Shown here in pieces: positions 58,650-64,000 of a stretch of DNA of 64,000 nt. A program made the translations under genes and the position numbers. Numbering within the stretch: the stretch's first letter is position 1; each line of letters opens with the position of its first letter. The DNA is from Candidatus Latescibacterota bacterium (GTDB lineage: Bacteria; Latescibacterota; UBA2968; UBA8231): NCBI GenBank assembly GCA_965203355.1, contig OZ241889.1:1184001-1248000 (forward strand), written 5' to 3'. The notes below the pieces were generated by a model, which saw nothing but the letters and a program-made list of their open reading frames with translations, did not search any database and was not told where the DNA came from.

Positions 58650-59978
58650 CTACCGGCTCAGTCGATCGAGGACGTTGCGGGTGATCTGGGCGACCGTCGC
58701 GTCGCCTTTTAGACCGTGCGACCAGTCGGTTGTCCCGGCTGTGAACACGGTGCCGCCGCGCGTGTAAAGGCCCATGACCGCCGCGCCCTCGCGGCCCTTT
58801 TCCCAGCGTTCGTACCATGCGCTGTCGTCGGGATGCCATCGCGCTGGGGCGGTGCATAAGATGGTGAAGTCCGCCGGGGTGCCATAGGTTCCGGTGGGTA
58901 CTGGTAGTCCTTCTACCAACGCGTACTCGCAGCCGTCGCACTCATAGCCGACAATGGTGTGCTCGCCGCCGAAGCTGTCGTCGCGCTGCAAGCCCGTCTC
59001 GGCAAAAACCCAGTGCTCCGGGCGATGGACTGTAAATGCTCCCGACCCGTCCATGTATTGCCCGTGGCTTAGGTGATACCCCCCGTAGAGAAAGCCGACG
59101 CCGGTCAACTCGTTTTCTGGCCGGCCCACGAGGTGGTGGCTCCACAAAGTCGAAAGGTCCGCGTAATCTCCGGCCGCGTAGGCCGGGTCCATGTTGAACT
59201 GTTGCTTCCAGCACACTAACGCGCGGCCCGCGTCCTCGCTGCGGACCCGCCAGCACACGGAGTTGCCGCTGAAAAACGCGACGTTGCCCCCGGCGGCAAT
59301 GTAGGCTTCGAGGTGGTCGCGCATGGGAGCCGACCAGTATTCATCGTGCCCCACGCTCAGCACGAGCCGGTAGTTGGCCAACAGTTCGGGATGCCATTCG
59401 AGGTCGGAGTTGGCGCAGTAGTCGAGCGCGTATCCAGCGGCCTCGGCCCACTCGACAAAGTCGCGCTCCCAGCGGTCGAACAGCCCGGCCAGCGGACGGT
59501 CGAAGGAGACGCGATGCCCTTGCAAGCCGCCGCGGCCGTGATAGCCGTACAAGCTGTAACCGCCCCAGTTGTTGTAGGCGCTGTAGGTGTTGGTGGCTAA
59601 CTGGAGGAGGATGCGCGCGTCCGTAGGGCCAGCCGGGCGCACGATGAAAAAGCCTCGGCTCTCGGCTGTGCGTCGCCCCCGCCGCGCGAACTTGCCGCCG
59701 TGGTCCTCAATGCGCAACGCGAACTCGTAGTATCCGCTGCGCCAGTCGTCCGGCACTTTGAGGCCGTGGGCAACCGGCCAGCCGCAGCCGTTGGCAGAAG
59801 CGTCTTCGGGCACTGGAGGAGCTACTCCGGGCAACCGATCCTGCCGCCATACTACTTCGCGCTCGGCACCTATCCGCGCTACTTCCAGCGCGTACTCATC
59901 CGCACTGGTGGATACGTGAAAGCACACCTGTTGGCCGGCTTGGTAGCTGAGTTGGTCGGTGTAGCCTTCGACGAACAT
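58650..59978 (-). CDS. N,N-dimethylformamidase beta-subunit-like (DUF6605) protein
   Basis: AYNNWGG, VSFDRP, GHDEYWS, FSGN and GYECD motifs. Confidence 0.8.
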   Translation of the reverse strand: MFVEGYTDQLSYQAGQQVCFHVSTSADEYALEVARIGAEREVVWRQDRLPGVAPPVPEDASANGCGWPVAHGLKVPDDWRSGYYEFALRIEDHGGKFARRGRRTAESRGFFIVRPAGPTDARILLQLATNTYSAYNNWGGYSLYGYHGRGGLQGHRVSFDRPLAGLFDRWERDFVEWAEAAGYALDYCANSDLEWHPELLANYRLVLSVGHDEYWSAPMRDHLEAYIAAGGNVAFFSGNSVCWRVRSEDAGRALVCWKQQFNMDPAYAAGDYADLSTLWSHHLVGRPENELTGVGFLYGGYHLSHGQYMDGSGAFTVHRPEHWVFAETGLQRDDSFGGEHTIVGYECDGCEYALVEGLPVPTGTYGTPADFTILCTAPARWHPDDSAWYERWEKGREGAAVMGLYTRGGTVFTAGTTDWSHGLKGDATVAQITRNVLDRLSR

Positions 59979-61747
59979 TATCCTGAGTACTCCACGGCTA
60001 CCACGCGCTCGTCTAACTCGCGTTGCAACTTTTCCACTTGTTCCGCTATGTAATCTGCCGCCTGCTCAGCCGGTGTTTCGCGCCGCTCTTTCTCGCGCCG
60101 CAGCACGACCTCGACAATCCCCCGCTGTAACCCGCGATCCCCCACCGTCACCCGCACTGGAATCCCAATCAGATCGGCGTCGTTGAACTTGACCCCGGGA
60201 TTTTCGCGGCGGTCGTCGAGCAGCACTTCAAGGCCGCGCTGCGCCAAGTCGGCGTAGAGTTGTTCGCCCGCGTCTTGCGCTGCGCCTTGGCCCTTGGCGA
60301 GGAGGACGATGTGGACTTGGTAGGGTGCGACGGCAATGGGCCACACCAAGCCGTCTTCGTCGTGATGCTCCTCGGCGATACAGGCCAGCAGCCGCCCCAC
60401 GCCGATCCCGTAAGACCCCATGACGACGGGCCGCGCTTTGCCCTCGGCGTCGAGGAAATCACCGCCGAGGGCCTCGGTGAATTTGGTGCCGAGTTGGAAG
60501 ATGTTGCCGACTTCCACCCCGCGCGATTCGCGCAGGGCCGCGCCGCAGTTAGGGCAGCCGTCGCCCTGCCCGGCGGCGGCGATGTCGGCGACCACGTTGG
60601 CTGTGTAGTCGCGGCCGTAGTTTACATGGGCGAGGTGATAGCCCGGCTCGTTGGCACCGGCTACCAAGTTGGGCGAGGACGCCACTGAGTCATCGACGAC
60701 GACTAGGGCCCCTTCGACGCCGACGGGCGATCCATAGCCCGGCTCCGCCCCCACGGCGCGTATTTCCTCTTCTCGCGCCGGCCACATTTCGAGGGCACCG
60801 ACCGCGTTGGCCAGCTTGGTCTCGTTGACTTCGAGGTCGCCGCGGATGACTGCGAGGACCAACGCATCCTTTTTGTCTTGCCCGTCGCCAACGGTAGCCA
60901 TCCTAAAGAGTGCCTTGGCCGTCTTGTACGCCGGGATGCCGAGCAGCGCGGTCAGCGCCTCAATGGTCGTGGTGTTGGGCGTGGCGATTTGCTCGAGCGC
61001 GGCCGGTGCTTCGGCCGGGTTGGGCTGTTTGGCGAAGGTGGCGATTTGGCGGTTGGCCGCGTATCCGCAGCCATCGCACAAGAGCAGCGTGTCTTCGCCG
61101 ATCGGGGTCAGGTACATGTATTCGTGGGCCAGTTCGCCGCCCATCATTCCGGTGTCCGAGCGCACCGCCAGGACCTCGAGGCCGCAGCGATGGAAGATGT
61201 TGAAATAGCGCTGATAATGGGCGCGGTATTGCTTTTCGAGGCCCGGCCAGTCGGCATCGAGGCTGTAGGAGTCCTTCATGGTGAACTCGCGCACCCGGAT
61301 GAGGCCCGAGCGGGGGCGGGGATCGTCGCGCCACTTGGTCTGGATGTGATAGACTAACTGGGGCAGTTGCTTGTAGGATTTGATCTCGCGGCTGACTAAG
61401 TCGGCTACGACTTCCTCGTGGGTCATGGCCAGCACCATGTCGCGGTCGTTTTTGTCGCGGAAGCGACCCATCTCCGCGCCGACGGCGTACCAACGCCCGG
61501 TCCGCTGCCAGAGTTCGGCCGGATGCACCACCGGCATGGTGATCTCCTGGCCGCCGATGGCGTCCATTTCGCGGCGGATAATGTCTTCGATCTTGCGCAT
61601 GGACCGCTGCGCCAGCGGCAAATAGCTGAAGATGCCGCTGGCCAGCGGGCGGATAAAGCCGGCGCGGAGCAAGAGCCGATGGCTGGCGACTTCTACGTCG
61701 GCGGTGACTTCGCGCAAGGTCTGGCTGAAAAGCCGACTCATTCGCAT
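59978..61747 (-). CDS. proS: Proline--tRNA ligase
   Basis: SHRLLLRAGFIR, THEE, REFTMKDSYS, EVGNIFQLG and MGSYGIG motifs, with INS editing domain. Confidence 0.96.
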   Translation of the reverse strand: MRMSRLFSQTLREVTADVEVASHRLLLRAGFIRPLASGIFSYLPLAQRSMRKIEDIIRREMDAIGGQEITMPVVHPAELWQRTGRWYAVGAEMGRFRDKNDRDMVLAMTHEEVVADLVSREIKSYKQLPQLVYHIQTKWRDDPRPRSGLIRVREFTMKDSYSLDADWPGLEKQYRAHYQRYFNIFHRCGLEVLAVRSDTGMMGGELAHEYMYLTPIGEDTLLLCDGCGYAANRQIATFAKQPNPAEAPAALEQIATPNTTTIEALTALLGIPAYKTAKALFRMATVGDGQDKKDALVLAVIRGDLEVNETKLANAVGALEMWPAREEEIRAVGAEPGYGSPVGVEGALVVVDDSVASSPNLVAGANEPGYHLAHVNYGRDYTANVVADIAAAGQGDGCPNCGAALRESRGVEVGNIFQLGTKFTEALGGDFLDAEGKARPVVMGSYGIGVGRLLACIAEEHHDEDGLVWPIAVAPYQVHIVLLAKGQGAAQDAGEQLYADLAQRGLEVLLDDRRENPGVKFNDADLIGIPVRVTVGDRGLQRGIVEVVLRREKERRETPAEQAADYIAEQVEKLQRELDERVVAVEYSG

Positions 61748-62493
61748 GTTGGGTTTCCTTTCTTCGTTGATTGCAAGGCCGAGCCGCGGCGCGTTTTTTG
61801 CCGGGCCACCGCGCGCATCGCTCGGTACATACACGACAGCGACACCAACACCCAAATTAAGGCAATCAGATACGCCAGATAGGGCATCTGTAGTGGATCT
61901 ATGCCCCAATAGTCCGATAATATCCCGGCGTCCGTCCGTTCTGGATGGTACCACAAGTCGGTGCGGAAGTCGTAGAGACTGTACAGGCACAGCATCACCC
62001 CCATCCACACCGCGCCGATGCTCGCCAGCCGCCGCGACTTGCCGGCCATGATGCACAAAGCCAACCCGCCGCCGATCCCCAACGCGAAATCAACGCCTCC
62101 GGCCGCCAGCGGCGTATAGATCAGGGTCATCCCCGCGCAGGTCGCGCCAACGCACAGCAACACCAATCGCTGCGCCTGCGGATAAAGCGAGGTGTACATC
62201 AGCAAGGCTCCCCACAGCGCGGACCCTACGTAGCCGGCCGCGCTAATCAGCGGGAAGAAGCCCCCCTTAGTCAAGGTGTGCCCGGACTCGTTCCAATGGG
62301 TGCGGATTTCGAGGACTTCGCCGCCGGTGAGCAGGGCCGCTGCCGCGTGATTGACCTCGTGGACCAGCACCACAAAGAAGCGGAACGGCTTGATCAGCGC
62401 CGTGTCCCAAAAGGCGAGTGCCAGCGCCGTGCAGAGGAGATAGTAGCGAAATTGCCAGAAGATTTCGGCGATGTAGCGGATGCGGTGGAACAT
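61738..62493 (-). CDS. M50B-like membrane metallopeptidase
   Basis: HEVNH zinc motif, AGY, TDA and several TM segments. Confidence 0.8.
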   Translation of the reverse strand: MFHRIRYIAEIFWQFRYYLLCTALALAFWDTALIKPFRFFVVLVHEVNHAAAALLTGGEVLEIRTHWNESGHTLTKGGFFPLISAAGYVGSALWGALLMYTSLYPQAQRLVLLCVGATCAGMTLIYTPLAAGGVDFALGIGGGLALCIMAGKSRRLASIGAVWMGVMLCLYSLYDFRTDLWYHPERTDAGILSDYWGIDPLQMPYLAYLIALIWVLVSLSCMYRAMRAVARQKTRRGSALQSTKKGNPTCE

Positions 62494-62502
62494 GGCGCAC
62501 CG

Positions 62503-64000
62503 CTAGCTGCGAATCTCAGCCCGGATCAGCGCGACGGCTTCGGCTAGCGGGAGCGGGTCGAGTTGTGCGCCGGATCGCTGCCGGATCGCCACCTTGCCCT
62601 GTTCAACTTCGCGGTCTCCGGCAATAAGCATATAGGGCACCTTCTGCGTCTGGGCTTGGCGGATGCGCTTGTTGAGGGTTTCGCTGGCCGCGTCGAGTTC
62701 GGCTCGGATCCCGGCGGCGAGAAGCTGCTGGTGGAGCTGGCCTCCGTACTCGGCGTGGCGCTCGGCAATGGGCAACACGACCGCTTGCACCGGGGCCAGC
62801 CACACCGGGAAGGCCCCGGCGTAGTGTTCGATCAAGAAGCCGATGAAGCGCTCGTGCGTACCCAGCGGTGCGCGGTGGATGCAGATGGGCGTCTCCTCTT
62901 GGCCGGCTGCGTTGGTGTACGTCAAGCCGAAGCGGCCGGGCACGGCAAAATCAACTTGGTTGGTGGCTATGGTAAACTGCCGCCCGATGGTGCTCCAAAC
63001 TTCAACATCGATCTTCGGCCCGTAAAAGGCGGCTTCGTCGGGCACCTCCTCGTAGTTGATCCCGCCCCGCGCCATGGCCCCGCGCACCATGTCCTCGGTG
63101 CGGAGCCACCACTCGGGATTATCGACGTACTTGGCCCCTAGCCCCGCGGGCGCATGGGTGCTCAAGCGCATCAGGTAATTCTCCAAGCCGAACCGCTCGA
63201 AATAGCGCAGATACATCTGGCAGACGGCGAGAAATTCCTCCTCAAATTGGTCGAGAGTGCAGTAGATGTGCGCGTCGTTCATCTGCAACGAGCGCACGCG
63301 CATCAAGCCGAATAACTCGCCCGACTGCTCGTAGCGATAGCACGTGCCGTATTCGGCCAAGCGCAGGGGCAAGTCGCGGTACGAGCGCGGGGCCGCGGCG
63401 AAAATTTTGTGGTGGTGGGGGCAGTTCATGGGCTTGAGATAGTACTGGACCCCTTCCAACTCCATTGGCGGGAACATGGACTCGGCATAATACGGCAAGT
63501 GGCCGCTGCGCCGATACATGGACTCTTTGCAGATGTGCGGTGTGCGCACGCGCTGATAGCCGGCTGCGCGTTCGGTTTTGCGGGCCAAGTCCTCCAGCTC
63601 GTCGATGAGCACCGCTCCCTTCGGCAGCCACAGGGGCAAGCCCGGCCCCACTTCGTCGTCAAAGGTGAACAACTCCAGTTGCTTGCCCAGGGTGCGGTGG
63701 TCGCGCTTTTTGGCTTCCTCCAGCATTGCCAGATGGTGGTCGAGGGCCTCGCGCGTGGCAAAGGCCGTGCCGTAGATGCGCTGCAGCATCTTGCGGCGCT
63801 CGTCGCCGCGCCAATAGGCTCCAGCCACGCTCAGGAGCTTGAAGTGCTTGATTTGTCCAGTGCCGAGCATGTGCGGCCCCCGGCACAAGTCGATGAACTC
63901 GCCATCTTTGTAAAAGGACAAGGGCTGGTCTGCTGCCAAGTCGGCGAGGATCTCCTGTTTGTACGGGGCGTTGGCGACCCGCTCTTCCGCTTCTTGGCGC
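62503..64000 (-). CDS. thrS: Threonine--tRNA ligase (5' end outside the window)
   Basis: DLCRGPH, RDHR, KPMNCP, AFYGPK and HRAPLG motifs. Confidence 0.96.
   Translation of the reverse strand, partial: RQEAEERVANAPYKQEILADLAADQPLSFYKDGEFIDLCRGPHMLGTGQIKHFKLLSVAGAYWRGDERRKMLQRIYGTAFATREALDHHLAMLEEAKKRDHRTLGKQLELFTFDDEVGPGLPLWLPKGAVLIDELEDLARKTERAAGYQRVRTPHICKESMYRRSGHLPYYAESMFPPMELEGVQYYLKPMNCPHHHKIFAAAPRSYRDLPLRLAEYGTCYRYEQSGELFGLMRVRSLQMNDAHIYCTLDQFEEEFLAVCQMYLRYFERFGLENYLMRLSTHAPAGLGAKYVDNPEWWLRTEDMVRGAMARGGINYEEVPDEAAFYGPKIDVEVWSTIGRQFTIATNQVDFAVPGRFGLTYTNAAGQEETPICIHRAPLGTHERFIGFLIEHYAGAFPVWLAPVQAVVLPIAERHAEYGGQLHQQLLAAGIRAELDAASETLNKRIRQAQTQKVPYMLIAGDREVEQGKVAIRQRSGAQLDPLPLAEAVALIRAEIRS

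Overview
GC-rich bacterial chromosomal window with no rRNA, tRNA, CRISPR array, integrase or transposase visible. The backbone is housekeeping and catabolic: lgt, folA, aspC, nadC, proS, partial thrS, an Mla/Mce-type ABC operon, a sulfatase, PhyH, Gfo/Idh and SDR/epimerase enzymes, and an ElbD-like FAR-A-ACP-acyltransferase lipid enzyme. Ankyrin-repeat genes plus this catabolic set suggest a host-associated bacterium such as a sponge symbiont (inference). Four small defence-like islets interrupt the backbone. (i) An ABC/AAA ATPase + TOPRIM-like pair with a PIN relic. (ii) A MADS mad3/mad4-like pair with a frameshifted MmeI-like type IIL RM gene. (iii) A type I RM operon whose HsdS is fused to complete MNT and HEPN domains. 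(iv) A solitary gene that resembles a phage major capsid protein, fused to a degenerate MNT antitoxin domain and followed by a frameshifted HEPN toxin gene. Islets iii and iv are the best candidates for an undescribed system, in which HEPN/MNT toxin-antitoxin modules are wired to phage-sensing or guarded domains. A dispersed heptamer (AGTGGTC)n inverted-arm repeat family occurs five times. All family assignments come from motif reading and recall, not database searches.
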